The notes beneath the pieces were generated by a model that saw nothing but the letters and a program-made list of their open reading frames with translations, was not told the DNA's origin and did not search any database. Positions 20,601 to 29,508 of a DNA stretch of 64,000 nt are shown in pieces. This DNA comes from Nitrospira sp. (GTDB taxonomy: Bacteria; Nitrospirota; Nitrospiria; Nitrospirales; Nitrospiraceae). How positions within the stretch are numbered: position 1 is the first letter of the stretch; each line of letters starts with the position of its first letter. The translations under genes and the position numbers were made by a program. Where the stretch lies: positions 2,400,001 to 2,464,000 of the forward strand of contig AP038806.1 in assembly GCA_047150005.1 (NCBI GenBank). The letters are read 5' to 3'.

Positions 20601-22437
20601 ATTGCCGGTAACGCACCTCGGCAGTGGCTTCATGCTTTTCCGCCGTCGAGCGGGCTTCGAGCGTTTTTCCGAACTCAGGCTCATTCCCCTTTTCGAGCTG
20701 TGTTTTGGTCACGCCGGTTTCGGCCATCGCGCTATCAGTCGGTGCGCGATCGGAGGAGTAATCGAGTCGCTCGGCTGGAAGTGGTGCAGGTACGACGGGG
20801 GCTGCCGATACGGGGGATTGTGGAGAGCCGAGTGGTTCTTGCTTAAGGTCCGTTTTGGGTGGAGGCTCAGTCTTGGATGCCCGCACTTCGCTGCCAGCCG
20901 CGTTGGCATTCTCGAGAGGTCCTGCAGCTGCCTTGCGCTCAATTGCCAACTGACCAGTTAATTCCCTACTGGCATCCCGTCCGCCGGTCTTCATCACGCG
21001 CTCTGCATCGGATTCGGTCTTCGGCTCTGGCGTCGCGTTCTTAATGGCCTCTTTCAGTTTGTCCCTAAATTGTTGCCGTCTGACTTGCTCTGCCTTGGCC
21101 GCGTCGAGCTTTGCGACGGTCTGTGTGGCGGCATCGCGTGTTTGTTCGGTTTGTGGATTCTTCGCCGCAGCCTGAGCTGAGGCCACCGGCCTACCTGACG
21201 GTGAATGCTTTCGCGCGCCCGCTGCGCGATGGCGCACGGCGCCGATTGCAGGGGCGATCGCTTGGCGCGGTGATGGCGGCGCTGCCTTTACTGCAGTACC
21301 CTCTGCCGCTTTACCCGTTGCCGGCTCCGTCTTCACGACTTCTGGCGCGGGTGGTCCTGCAGAAGCGACGGTGGGTGAGGGCGGGCGACCTGTTTCCGTT
21401 CCGATTAAAGCCGCTCCATCTGACGTCCCATTGGTGGGCACTTCTTCAGTAGCAGTCGTTGCCTTAGGAGGAACGACCGGCGGAGCGGTGATCCTTGGGG
21501 CGGATGGCAGGGAAGGCTCTGAGAGACGGCTTGTTTTCGACGCGACCTCCCCCTGTACGCCGGTGGGTTGTTGTGAAAGGAATGAACCAGCGGGCTCCCG
21601 GCTTTTGCCTTCAACGGGACTCGGTGTCGCGTGCTTCTCTTTGTCCGGCTGGCTGACGGGCTTGTACCGTCTCAGTATTGGCAAGTAATCAAGTCCACTA
21701 TTGATACTATGGAAGGAGGGTGATCCAGCTTTCTGACACCGCAATTTCGGTACCTGCTCAACAAGAGCTTCCTCCTGCCGATAGGCTTCCTTCTCTAACT
21801 GGTCGGTTGGTAAGCTGACCGCTCTTTCCTGAGCGGCCACCACTGGAACCCGTCCCTGGTCGTGCTGCATGACATGAGTTAATTCATGTCCTAGCACCCG
21901 GTCGCCTTGAGGAGTCCCTGGCTTGTAATGTCCATCAGCAAAGTAAATATTGTGGCCAACCGTGAATGCTTGGGCCTGCACGCGCTGGGCCGCTTCGTTG
22001 ACCTGAGAACTCGTGTGGATCCGCACATGATCCAACGGATGCTGGAGCGCCTGCTCGAAGGCCATGCGATGTTCTGGCGGTAGGGGCTGCCCTGGACTCG
22101 GCGAGATGATAGGTTCGACCTCGTGTGCGAGATGCGGCGCTCCGGTTTTTCCAACCTTCTTACCGTCTAACAAGCGCTGCACGAAGGCATTGCCGTAGGA
22201 ATGTTGGTATTGCTGGATGAGCTGGACTCGCTGCTGAGTCGGTGCTCGCCGTAGGACGTGCACCATGTGCGAAGGAACCTGATTGCTTCCAGCAGCGGCA
22301 AGGGAGCGAAATAGCGCAAGCCCTGCCTCAGGAATGGTGTGACGCGATGCCGGTTCCGCCTCAGGAACGGGCAACTCCCGTTGAGCCTTGGTCGCCTTTG
22401 ACGGTTCTGCGGCTTGAACGGCTATCGATTCGCCCAT
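17698..22437 (-). CDS. Large DUF4157 polymorphic-toxin-like protein with C-terminal nucleotidyltransferase-like domain
   Basis: DUF4157 (LDHVRIH, AQAFTVGHNIYF, LGHELTHVMQ), Pro/Ala linker, long helical and amphipathic region, C-terminal YRGSLAKG...DFDIDFFV; start ATG 22437 or GTG 22449. Confidence 0.85.
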   Translation of the reverse strand: MGESIAVQAAEPSKATKAQRELPVPEAEPASRHTIPEAGLALFRSLAAAGSNQVPSHMVHVLRRAPTQQRVQLIQQYQHSYGNAFVQRLLDGKKVGKTGAPHLAHEVEPIISPSPGQPLPPEHRMAFEQALQHPLDHVRIHTSSQVNEAAQRVQAQAFTVGHNIYFADGHYKPGTPQGDRVLGHELTHVMQHDQGRVPVVAAQERAVSLPTDQLEKEAYRQEEALVEQVPKLRCQKAGSPSFHSINSGLDYLPILRRYKPVSQPDKEKHATPSPVEGKSREPAGSFLSQQPTGVQGEVASKTSRLSEPSLPSAPRITAPPVVPPKATTATEEVPTNGTSDGAALIGTETGRPPSPTVASAGPPAPEVVKTEPATGKAAEGTAVKAAPPSPRQAIAPAIGAVRHRAAGARKHSPSGRPVASAQAAAKNPQTEQTRDAATQTVAKLDAAKAEQVRRQQFRDKLKEAIKNATPEPKTESDAERVMKTGGRDASRELTGQLAIERKAAAGPLENANAAGSEVRASKTEPPPKTDLKQEPLGSPQSPVSAAPVVPAPLPAERLDYSSDRAPTDSAMAETGVTKTQLEKGNEPEFGKTLEARSTAEKHEATAEVRYRQSEAKVQVQAHHAAEAELAEGLAAMHGVRELHIGQVVGQQVGTKTKDAIERQRITDTIAGIKNETKADVDSILISMDKEAGDIFGAGLREAERAYGETFEEEKGGVGTWLTTWGSDWEELIERSLAKARAQYLEKVNEAIDKVANCIDAKVQAAKQRVAEGHNQVKDFVRGLNVNVRQFGEEALKKVEGEFEAMESEIDQRRDGLIDKLAQQYKDSYERMSAMEEKLREENKSLWQRVYDATVGLIKKILAFKDMLLSILAKAAGVIEDIISDPIGFLGNLVSAVMSGLKNFMGKIGAYLQKGLMEWLFGALAGAGLQLPETFDLKGILSIIFQLLGLTYAYFRSRAVKLIGEPVVAALEKAADVFKAFATEGVAGLWRFIKEKVTDLKSMVLDAIFDFIKERVIIAGITWIIGLLNPASAFFKACKAIYDIVMFFIERGSQIVALVNAIVDSMAAIAKGSLGAAVKWIEEALAKAIPVAIGFLAGLLGLGDITGTIRKTIEKAQEPVNKAIDWVISQAVKLVKAAGKLLGFGREKDKKDMDTKTGGISEPVPFSAGEVQHRLFIHVSGTEATVMVASAPEPLEKILANMEGHISALAPEGKGKAPALLNRARSLLSKTDKDADRFISADADAASAAKDGIKSVEHSLADTLKELFPLFGGATGLPFSRSLTMAGSVHTLTLKEEGGHLTVWLASKEERLLNKLSQVDRILKRWENYINDIGNPAIKEEFTLLIKPYIEAKKTSALTSAVSRLEGIKSAQFKDLLAELDITVKSLTDEISDWSTKAGIPVMDFSDEAIKAELDRQANEAADKVWEERKNEAQQKLEQFAAEIQTLDPEARLKYRGSLAKGRRGVSKGFAEFNPWDFDIDFFVESDKLYLEAVAGRRPELAAEQELWADRHPELRGKMAAMSAAYDTITGVRKGKFSMKLRAVSNVRELLSKSGTREFAGERHVEIKSPVLTGPAPVAS

Positions 22438-22788
22438 CGTCCTTAGCACGCTCCCTGACTCTGGCCGCCGCCTGGTTTCTAAGGACAGTCATCAGGCTGT
22501 TGGAAGCACGGCTGATTACGTGCGCTCGTCGTTCAGCGTCGGGCTGTGAGTTCCGTCTGTCTGTTCGCACGCACACCGATAGAATCATGGGTCGTTCACG
22601 CAAGGTTCATACTCGTGCGATTGGGGGCTGTGCGTTCGGCCGACGATTCATCGAGGCGCTGGATATGTAGGTTGAAAGACGGCGCAACCAATTATGTGGG
22701 CTGGGTTTCCTCCGAATCAGTCTTTGCCCGACATTGTGTAGAGCGCGGTTGTCGTGTGCACGATTTCGCCGCTGCCCGTGGTTGGAGC

Positions 22789-22954
22789 TGTCACATGGCG
22801 GAAGCTATGTGACACGTCTGTTACAGTCGATGTGACACTGAATTCTTTGGACTCAGACGCCTGAGATCTCTTCACCTGTCCATTCGATTCACGTACTTAG
22901 GTTCTTTTCTTGTCTAGGCTTTGTGAAAGGAACCTGTCACACCTGCTTGTCACA
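22789..22954. promoter_or_regulatory. Cluster of six TGTNACA palindromes in the divergent toxin/eCIS promoter
   Basis: TGTCACA 22789, TGTGACA 22808, TGTTACA 22819, TGTGACA 22831, TGTCACA 22935, TGTCACA 22948; near-match TGTGAAA 22922. Confidence 0.65.
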
Positions 22955-23106
22955 TCGGCTTGGCTCTGTGTCTTTCTCACTGCCTCGGTGTTCGTGTGGG
23001 ATCGGCCCTTTTATGCACTTAACGACACAATCTGATTATCTCCACATGGTCGGCGCATCTCTTGCTCTCCTCACCATCGCGTGGTTTTGAGGGATGCTGA
23101 TCACCT

Positions 23107-23292
23107 AGGAGTCTGTCCGAGTAATCCTTCGTTGCGAGGCAGAAGGAGCTGCTGGCAGATGCAAGGCCGCAGGCTCGAAAAATCCGGAGGCGTATTCTCT
23201 GGAATACGTTGAGGAAGTTTTTGAGCCGAGAACGACGCAGATGCTCGCGGATCGTTTGCCGCAGTAGAAAGGCATTACTCGGACAGACTCCT
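23107..23292. mobile_element. MITE (non-autonomous, 186 bp)
   Basis: Perfect 19-bp terminal inverted repeats AGGAGTCTGTCCGAGTAAT (23107-23125) and ATTACTCGGACAGACTCCT (23274-23292); CTAG/CTCG at the ends; internal hairpin CGTATTC-TCTG-GAATACG; no transposase. Confidence 0.85.
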
Positions 23293-23317
23293 CGCATCGC
23301 CGATTTCATGCGCGGCC

Positions 23318-23566
23318 ATGAATTCATATCACCCACGTCCGCAAGGTGACGACGGAGTTGTGGCGCGCTATGCCAACTATTTTGAAATCGGGGAGAACGC
23401 TGCAGAGTTCGTCCTCGGATTCGGTCAGTCGTATTCGGAATCGGAGGAGGTTCAGATTCACACGCGGATCGTCACAAGCCCCCTGTATGCCAAAGCGCTC
23501 TTGCACCTCCTTGAAGAGTCCATCAAACGCCATGAGCAGACTTGTGGTGAGATCTACGAAGAATGA
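23318..23566 (+). CDS. DUF3467-like small protein, first gene of eCIS operon
   Basis: YANYFEI....EFVLGF...RIVTSPLYAKALL..L..SI..HE...GEI pattern. Confidence 0.7.
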   Translation: MNSYHPRPQGDDGVVARYANYFEIGENAAEFVLGFGQSYSESEEVQIHTRIVTSPLYAKALLHLLEESIKRHEQTCGEIYEE

Positions 23567-23618
23567 CATCAGGATGCTGCAACCGGGAAGCCGAATCGCA
23601 TGTGAAGGTGGCAGTGTA

Positions 23619-25817
23619 ATGAGCAGTTTGCCCTATGAAAGTTCGCTAGAACATCTCTTGGCTCACGTCGCGCGCCTCGATCTCATGGTCCGTGCCTACG
23701 TGATAAACGCCCGATTAGCACGACAGGCTGAGGACGATTTTAAAGGGCTGTATATCTCTGAATCAGAAGTTGATGATTTGCTCCAGCAAAAAATCGGCGT
23801 TCCCGCCTGGTGGGATAACTCCAGCCGCCCTCAGACCTCCGAGAGTCAAATGACAATGGATCGCTTAAGCAGGGAGATAGACGAGCGATCCTCACTCAGC
23901 AAGCGGAGCGGGGTTTCGTTGCGCCTGGACAAACTGTGCGAGTCTTTTCATCTGTCACCCTTCGATCGGGATGCACTGTTGCTTGCCGCTGCGCCGGAGC
24001 TCGACATTCGGTACGAGCGCTTGTACGCGTACTTGCAGGACGACGTTACCCGAAAGAAGCCTTCCATAGACCTCATTCTCAACTTGCTGTGCTCAAGCGT
24101 GCAGGAGAAGCTGGAGATGCGAGCCCGATTTAGTCGGTCGGCACCGCTCCTGCGATCGCAGATGCTCACCGTGAGCGAAGATCCGAACTATCCTCATTCC
24201 CAGCTTTTGAGCAAATACGTCAAGGTCGATGAGCGGATTCTCAATTGCCTGCTCGACCGCGACGACCTGGATTCACACCTGCTTGGGTATGCACAGTGTG
24301 TAACGCCACGAGCGGAATGTGCCGAGCTATCTCTGCCGTCGGAGATCAAGCAGCGCTTGATGATCCTCGTACGACAAGCGGCCGACCGCCGCACTCCGCT
24401 CATCTTGTATTTCCAGGGGGGGTACGGGGTTGGGAAACAGTCCACTGCCGAAGGTCTTTGTCAGGCTCTGAGTCTTTCTCTCCTGGTGGTTGACCTCAGG
24501 CGTCTGGTCCAGAGTGACCAAGCCACGTTTGAGACCATTCTTGAGCGTGTCGACCGTGAAGCAGTGCTCCGGGAGGCAGCGATTTATTATCGGGATTTCG
24601 ATCTGCTGTTGACTGATGAGAAGCGGCTGTGGTTGGAGGCCTTTGTGGCAACGGTAGAAGCGAACCCGAGGCTGACGTTCCTGGGCGGAACAGTTACCTG
24701 GGAGCCGGTCGATGCATTGCGGTGCATCCCGTTCATCCGCGTTCCGTTTGACCGACCGGGGTTCGCAGATCGGGTTCGCTTGTGGGAGAAGACGCTGTCC
24801 CACTATGGTCTCACGAGCACCGGGCTGGATCTCAACGTGCTTGCCAACAAGTTTCAACTCAGCGGCGGACAGATCGAAGATTCAACGGTGACGGCGCAGA
24901 ATCTCGCGCTGTTTCGCGATCCCGAGAGCCCCCAACCGGCGATGTCTGATTTCGTCGTCGCCTGTCGCCTGCAATCACAGCGCAAACTCTCGATGCTCGC
25001 CCGCAAGATCCAACCGCACTATACCTGGGACGACATCGTCCTGCCGGCGGACCGACTCCAACAGCTTCGAGAGATCTGCAACCAGGCCAAGCACCGCGCC
25101 TTGGTCTATGAGCAATGGGGTTTCGACAAAAAACTGTCCATGGGCAAGGGACTCACCATATTGTTTGCAGGTCCGTCGGGGACAGGAAAAACCATGGCCG
25201 CCGACATTCTTGCCCATGAGTTGACGCTGGATCTCTACAAAATCGACCTGTCGATGGTCGTCAGCAAATACATCGGCGAAACGGAGAAAAATCTGGCAAG
25301 CATCTTCAATGAAGCGGCACACAGTAATGCCATCTTGTTTTTCGACGAAGCCGATGCGCTGTTCGGGAAGCGCAGCGAGGTCCGGGACGCGCACGATCGC
25401 TATGCCAATATCGAAGTCGGGTTTCTCCTCCAGAAGATGGAGGAGTACGAGGGAGTTGTGATTTTGGCCACCAACTTTCGCAAGAACATGGATGATGCCT
25501 TCGTCCGGCGCCTGCAGTCTACCGTAGAGTTCCCGTTTCCTTCCGTCGAGGACCGCCTTCGGATTTGGCAAGGCCTCTGGCCGTCGGAAACGCCGCGCAG
25601 CCCTGATCTCACCCTGGCTTTCATGGCCAGCCAATTCGAGATCTCCGGAGGTCACATTCGCAATATCGCCCTGGCAGCAACGTTTCTGGCTGCAGAGGAA
25701 CAGACTCCAGTCCGCATGAAACATCTACTCGCTGCCACGCGCCGCGAATACCAAAAAATCGGCAAACTCGTCATGGAAGGGGATTTCGAACTGCCGGCGA
25801 TTGACGAAGAACGGTAA
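23619..25817 (+). CDS. eCIS AAA+ ATPase (Afp15/Pvc15-like)
   Basis: APELDIRYERLYAYLQDDVTRKKPS; degenerate first AAA module (GGYGVGK); second module GPSGTGKT, VVSKYIGETEKN, LFFDEADALFGKR, DRYAN. Start reassigned to ATG 23619. Confidence 0.93.
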   Translation: MSSLPYESSLEHLLAHVARLDLMVRAYVINARLARQAEDDFKGLYISESEVDDLLQQKIGVPAWWDNSSRPQTSESQMTMDRLSREIDERSSLSKRSGVSLRLDKLCESFHLSPFDRDALLLAAAPELDIRYERLYAYLQDDVTRKKPSIDLILNLLCSSVQEKLEMRARFSRSAPLLRSQMLTVSEDPNYPHSQLLSKYVKVDERILNCLLDRDDLDSHLLGYAQCVTPRAECAELSLPSEIKQRLMILVRQAADRRTPLILYFQGGYGVGKQSTAEGLCQALSLSLLVVDLRRLVQSDQATFETILERVDREAVLREAAIYYRDFDLLLTDEKRLWLEAFVATVEANPRLTFLGGTVTWEPVDALRCIPFIRVPFDRPGFADRVRLWEKTLSHYGLTSTGLDLNVLANKFQLSGGQIEDSTVTAQNLALFRDPESPQPAMSDFVVACRLQSQRKLSMLARKIQPHYTWDDIVLPADRLQQLREICNQAKHRALVYEQWGFDKKLSMGKGLTILFAGPSGTGKTMAADILAHELTLDLYKIDLSMVVSKYIGETEKNLASIFNEAAHSNAILFFDEADALFGKRSEVRDAHDRYANIEVGFLLQKMEEYEGVVILATNFRKNMDDAFVRRLQSTVEFPFPSVEDRLRIWQGLWPSETPRSPDLTLAFMASQFEISGGHIRNIALAATFLAAEEQTPVRMKHLLAATRREYQKIGKLVMEGDFELPAIDEER

Positions 25818-25822
25818 GCACG

Positions 25823-26428
25823 ATGCTCGACGATTTGGATAGGACGTTGGAGAAGTTGTTGGCCCGAGAACTGCCGCGCGAGCTTGTTGCCGGGGTGACG
25901 ATCACCTTTGCCGCTCCGGACGAGCAATTTCCTCCACAATCGGTCAGCCTTCCTGCAATCGATTTGTTTCTCTACGACGTACGGGAGAACCGAAATCTGC
26001 GCACCAACGAATGGAGTCTCGAACGCAAGGATAACGGCACTGGCCTCAAGAGGTTTGCCCCGGTTCGGGTGGATTGCTCCTATCTCATTACAGCTTGGGG
26101 CAATGCCGGGTCGCTGACGGCGGCGCAGGAGGAACATCGGCTGCTTGGGGAAGTCATGCGCGTCATTGTGCGGCATCCCGTCATCTCTTCGGAATTCTTG
26201 CAAGGCAAGTTGCTGGCACAGGAGCCCGACATGCCGACCGTATCGATTCAGCCGGGACATCTGCAAAGCCTCGCCGAGTTTTGGCAGGCACTGGGCGGAA
26301 AACCGAAAGCGGCGCTCAATTATACGGTGACGATGGCGCTCGAACCGTTCGAACCGGTCAATGTCGGCAAGTTGGTAACGGACAAAGCGCTGCAGTTCGG
26401 CGATGCCGGTCAGAGACAAGAGCCATGA
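25823..26428 (+). CDS. DUF4255 / Afp16-like tail cap (terminator)
   Basis: IDLFLYDVREN, YLITAW, EEHRLLG, FWQALGGKPK, YTVT. Confidence 0.88.
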   Translation: MLDDLDRTLEKLLARELPRELVAGVTITFAAPDEQFPPQSVSLPAIDLFLYDVRENRNLRTNEWSLERKDNGTGLKRFAPVRVDCSYLITAWGNAGSLTAAQEEHRLLGEVMRVIVRHPVISSEFLQGKLLAQEPDMPTVSIQPGHLQSLAEFWQALGGKPKAALNYTVTMALEPFEPVNVGKLVTDKALQFGDAGQRQEP

Positions 26429-26823
26429 CTCAACGCTGGTGGGGACAGGCCCGTCATCGCGCCGCCATAGGGGGGCAAGTGTTGGACGAGCGCACCAAAC
26501 GACCCGTCTCCAATGCAGCGGTCGTTCTTACCGGAGTGCCGGACGAATTCAAGGTGCGGTGGGAGGCGAGTATGGATGCGGCCCGTCAGAGTGGTCCGGA
26601 GCGGGTAAACCGGTTGGATCTGACCAGGACATCCGCGGCCGGCTACTATTATTTTCTCGATCTACCAAAAGGAATGTACGAGCTGACAGCGACCGGTTTC
26701 GGACGAACTCCTCCAGTCGGTACAGGAAAAGCAAAAGTGTCGCTCGATCAGAACGGGAATGTGGTGATGACAACGGTGGACCTGACCTTGAAATACCATA
26801 AGGAAGATCCAAAGCGCTTATGA
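26425..26823 (+). CDS. Carboxypeptidase-regulatory-like beta-sandwich protein (cap accessory)
   Basis: ATGA overlap with the DUF4255 stop; IGGQVLD...PVSNA.V, TSAAGYYYFLDLPKGMYELTA. Confidence 0.75.
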   Translation: MTQRWWGQARHRAAIGGQVLDERTKRPVSNAAVVLTGVPDEFKVRWEASMDAARQSGPERVNRLDLTRTSAAGYYYFLDLPKGMYELTATGFGRTPPVGTGKAKVSLDQNGNVVMTTVDLTLKYHKEDPKRL

Positions 26824-26885
26824 TCGTATCTAAAAACCATAATCCGGTGATACCGCCACTAACCTTGTAACAAGGAGTGAATGCG

Positions 26886-28247
26886 ATGGCGACCTATCTT
26901 TCTCCCGGAGTCTATGTAGAAGAGAAGCCTTCTGAAATTAAGCCCATCGCCGGTGTCGGGACCAGCACCGCGGGGTTCATCGGATTCTTTGGCGACGAAA
27001 TAAAGATTCCCAAACCCAACCCGAAATATGACCCGACAAAGGAGATAGTCCCATCTGTTTCGCCGTCGGCCTCGGCCGCTACTGAACCACCGACGCCGAC
27101 GGGCCCTAGGGGGAGATCAGGACCTGCCACATCTGAACCGTCTCCCTCTGGAGGATCCGGCGATGGGAACAAACCGTTTGTCCTGGACACCTTCAAGCCT
27201 CGTGCGGCCGGTGAAGTGGTCTTCTGTACGAATTTTACTGAATATAAACAGGCGTTTGGGGACTTCTCTACGGATGAAGGGCAGCGGAGTCTCACTCATG
27301 GAGTCTACGGATTCTTTCAGAATGGTGGTACCCGATGTTGGGTGGCTCGGGAAAAGGACAAGGCGCAAATCACTCATGTCTTGGGGAAGTTTGAGGGGAT
27401 TGACGAAATCGCGCTGGTCCTAGCGCCGGGAGCAAGTGACCAGGTTTCATGGGGAGCTCTGCTGGACCATTGTGAAAAACTCGGGGAACGGTTTGCCATT
27501 CTAGATACGCCTAAAGAAGTGGGAACACATGAGACGCCGGATATAGGCGCCCTGACTGATGAGACCACTAGAAAAACTAATGTTCCTCGTGACTCAAACC
27601 ATGGAGCGGTCTACTTTCCATGGATCGAAGCGTTGGATCCGGCCACGAAGATCATGACTCCCAAGGAATCCGGCCGTCTCTATGTCCCTCCAAGCGGACA
27701 TGTTGCCGGTATTTATGCTCGCGTCGATCAGGAACGCGGTGTTCACAAAGCCCCGGCGAACGAGGTCGTCCGAAATGCACTGGATCTTCGCTATTACATT
27801 AGTAGAGAGCATCAACAGAGTCTCAATCCGATCGGAATTAACTGTCTGAGAGACTTGAACGGGGCGATTCGCGTCTGGGGCGCAAGAACGATCGGCGGCG
27901 ATCGCAACAATGAGTGGAAATACGTCAACATCCGCCGCACATTCCTATACCTCAAAGAGTCCATTGACGAAGGAACCCAATGGGTTGTGTTCGAGCCTAA
28001 CGATCGAATGTTATGGGGAAAGATTGTTCGCAACGTGTCGGCGTTCTTATTTAACGTGTGGCGGGATGGAGCCTTGTTCGGCAGCACAGCCCAAGAAGCC
28101 TTCTATGTGAAGTGCGATGACGAAACCAATCCGCCCTCGATACGGGAACAGGGCCAAGTCGTGACTGAAATCGGAGTCGCCCTGACGCGGCCGGCCGAAT
28201 TTGTGATTTTCCACGTGAGTCAATGGGCAGGACCGCAGAAGCAATAG
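26886..28247 (+). CDS. Contractile tail sheath protein 1
   Basis: YLSPGVYVEE, GFFQNGG, RFAILD, PPSGHVAGIYARVD.ERGVHKAPAN, WGART, VFEPN, PAEFV; AAGGAG RBS. Confidence 0.95.
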   Translation: MATYLSPGVYVEEKPSEIKPIAGVGTSTAGFIGFFGDEIKIPKPNPKYDPTKEIVPSVSPSASAATEPPTPTGPRGRSGPATSEPSPSGGSGDGNKPFVLDTFKPRAAGEVVFCTNFTEYKQAFGDFSTDEGQRSLTHGVYGFFQNGGTRCWVAREKDKAQITHVLGKFEGIDEIALVLAPGASDQVSWGALLDHCEKLGERFAILDTPKEVGTHETPDIGALTDETTRKTNVPRDSNHGAVYFPWIEALDPATKIMTPKESGRLYVPPSGHVAGIYARVDQERGVHKAPANEVVRNALDLRYYISREHQQSLNPIGINCLRDLNGAIRVWGARTIGGDRNNEWKYVNIRRTFLYLKESIDEGTQWVVFEPNDRMLWGKIVRNVSAFLFNVWRDGALFGSTAQEAFYVKCDDETNPPSIREQGQVVTEIGVALTRPAEFVIFHVSQWAGPQKQ

Positions 28248-28281
28248 ATTCGCGAGCAGCCCGTGCATAGCGTTCGCATGA

Positions 28282-29496
28282 GTGAGGACAGGAACTGTGG
28301 TGACTTATAGCGTGCCAGGAGTGTATTGGGACAAATTGTTACCTTCCACTCCGGTATCGGAGATCGAAACCGGTGTGCCGGTATTTCTGGGGTATGCGAA
28401 GCTGGCTCGGCACCTTCGGTGCCTGAAACGATCCAGGCATCCCTTGACTAAACTGACATCTTGGGAAGACTTTTCGGTTTATTTTGGCCTGGGAAAACCA
28501 GACAGCTACCTAGCTCCGGCGGTCAAAGGCTTCTTTCAGAACGGCGGCCGCAGATGTTATGTGATGCCGCTACCAACCGCCAACAATCCTCAGCGGGCAA
28601 AAAGGGTTTTGGCCCTTGGGCTCAAGAAGATCCTACGATTAGAAGAAGTCGATCTTGTCTGCACTCCCGATATCATGAAAAGCGTGGGCATGGAACAAAC
28701 AAGCGACCCCACTCGGATCCATGAGTTGCAGGGCCTTGTCCTTAGGCACTGTGATGAAGCCGGGGATCGGTTTGCGATTCTGGACTCACCTCCTGAGGTG
28801 AGCAACGAGCAGGCAGTGGACGCCCGCCACGGATTGGTCAGTGCGAATGGCGCCCTCTACTATCCGTGGGTGCGAGTTGAGGGCGGTGCTGAAGCGATAA
28901 GTGATGGTGTCCCTCCCTGCGGTCATATCGCAGGGGTCTATGCCCACACCGATGCGAACCTGGGTGTCTTCAAGGCACCTGCGAATGAACTCGTCGAGGG
29001 AGTCATAGATCTGATGGTGCATCTCACTGACGAGGACCAAGGGCCCCTGAATGAGTTAGGCGTCAACTGCCTCCGATCCCTTGGTGGCCGAGGGATTCGG
29101 GTGTGGGGTGCTCGTACACTCAGTGGCCTCTTAGATTGGCGGTACGTCAACGTTCGGCGGCTCTTTATTACACTGGGGCGCTGGATTCGGCAGTACCAGG
29201 CTCATATTTGTTTTGAACCTCATACAGAGCAATTGTGGGCCAGCATCGAGCGGGATCTGACAGTGTATCTTGGCGGACTGTTCCAGCGTGGAGCGCTGAA
29301 AGGTGATACCCCCGGCCAAGCTTTCTACGTCAAGTGTGATGCAGAGACGAATCCCTCGTTCAGTCGTGAGGAAGGGTGCCTGGTGACGGAAGTCGGACTT
29401 TGTCCAAGAGTACCGGGTGAATTCATCGTGGTGCAGCTATTCCAGAAACCGGATGGCATTCATTTGGTCGGGATTCCTGAACCCAGCCGTACATAA
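28282..29496 (+). CDS. Contractile tail sheath protein 2
   Basis: PGVY, FFQNGGRRCYV, PPCGHIAGVYA, KAPAN, VWGARTL, YVNVRR; start may be GTG 28297 or 28300. Confidence 0.93.
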   Translation: MRTGTVVTYSVPGVYWDKLLPSTPVSEIETGVPVFLGYAKLARHLRCLKRSRHPLTKLTSWEDFSVYFGLGKPDSYLAPAVKGFFQNGGRRCYVMPLPTANNPQRAKRVLALGLKKILRLEEVDLVCTPDIMKSVGMEQTSDPTRIHELQGLVLRHCDEAGDRFAILDSPPEVSNEQAVDARHGLVSANGALYYPWVRVEGGAEAISDGVPPCGHIAGVYAHTDANLGVFKAPANELVEGVIDLMVHLTDEDQGPLNELGVNCLRSLGGRGIRVWGARTLSGLLDWRYVNVRRLFITLGRWIRQYQAHICFEPHTEQLWASIERDLTVYLGGLFQRGALKGDTPGQAFYVKCDAETNPSFSREEGCLVTEVGLCPRVPGEFIVVQLFQKPDGIHLVGIPEPSRT

Positions 29497-29508
29497 GGAG
29501 GACAGTAT

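Noticed and set aside
23003..23017. CGGCCCTTTTATGCA as a sigma-54 -24/-12 promoter
   Set aside because: Only 9 nt lie between GG and GC where 10 are required; no canonical site was found by eye.
22789..23292. CRISPR array or structured ncRNA in the eCIS leader
   Set aside because: Repeats are 7 bp without spacers and no cas gene is present; the long stem-loop is explained by the MITE.
23019..23336. 105-aa minus-strand ORF
   Set aside because: It mostly spans the MITE and has no transposase motif.
23346..23618. N-terminal extensions in the ORF track (also 35572-35826, 26074-26424, 59380-59820, 45727-45873)
   Set aside because: They overlap real upstream genes; family-like sequence, and in several cases an RBS or ATGA coupling, begins at downstream ATGs.
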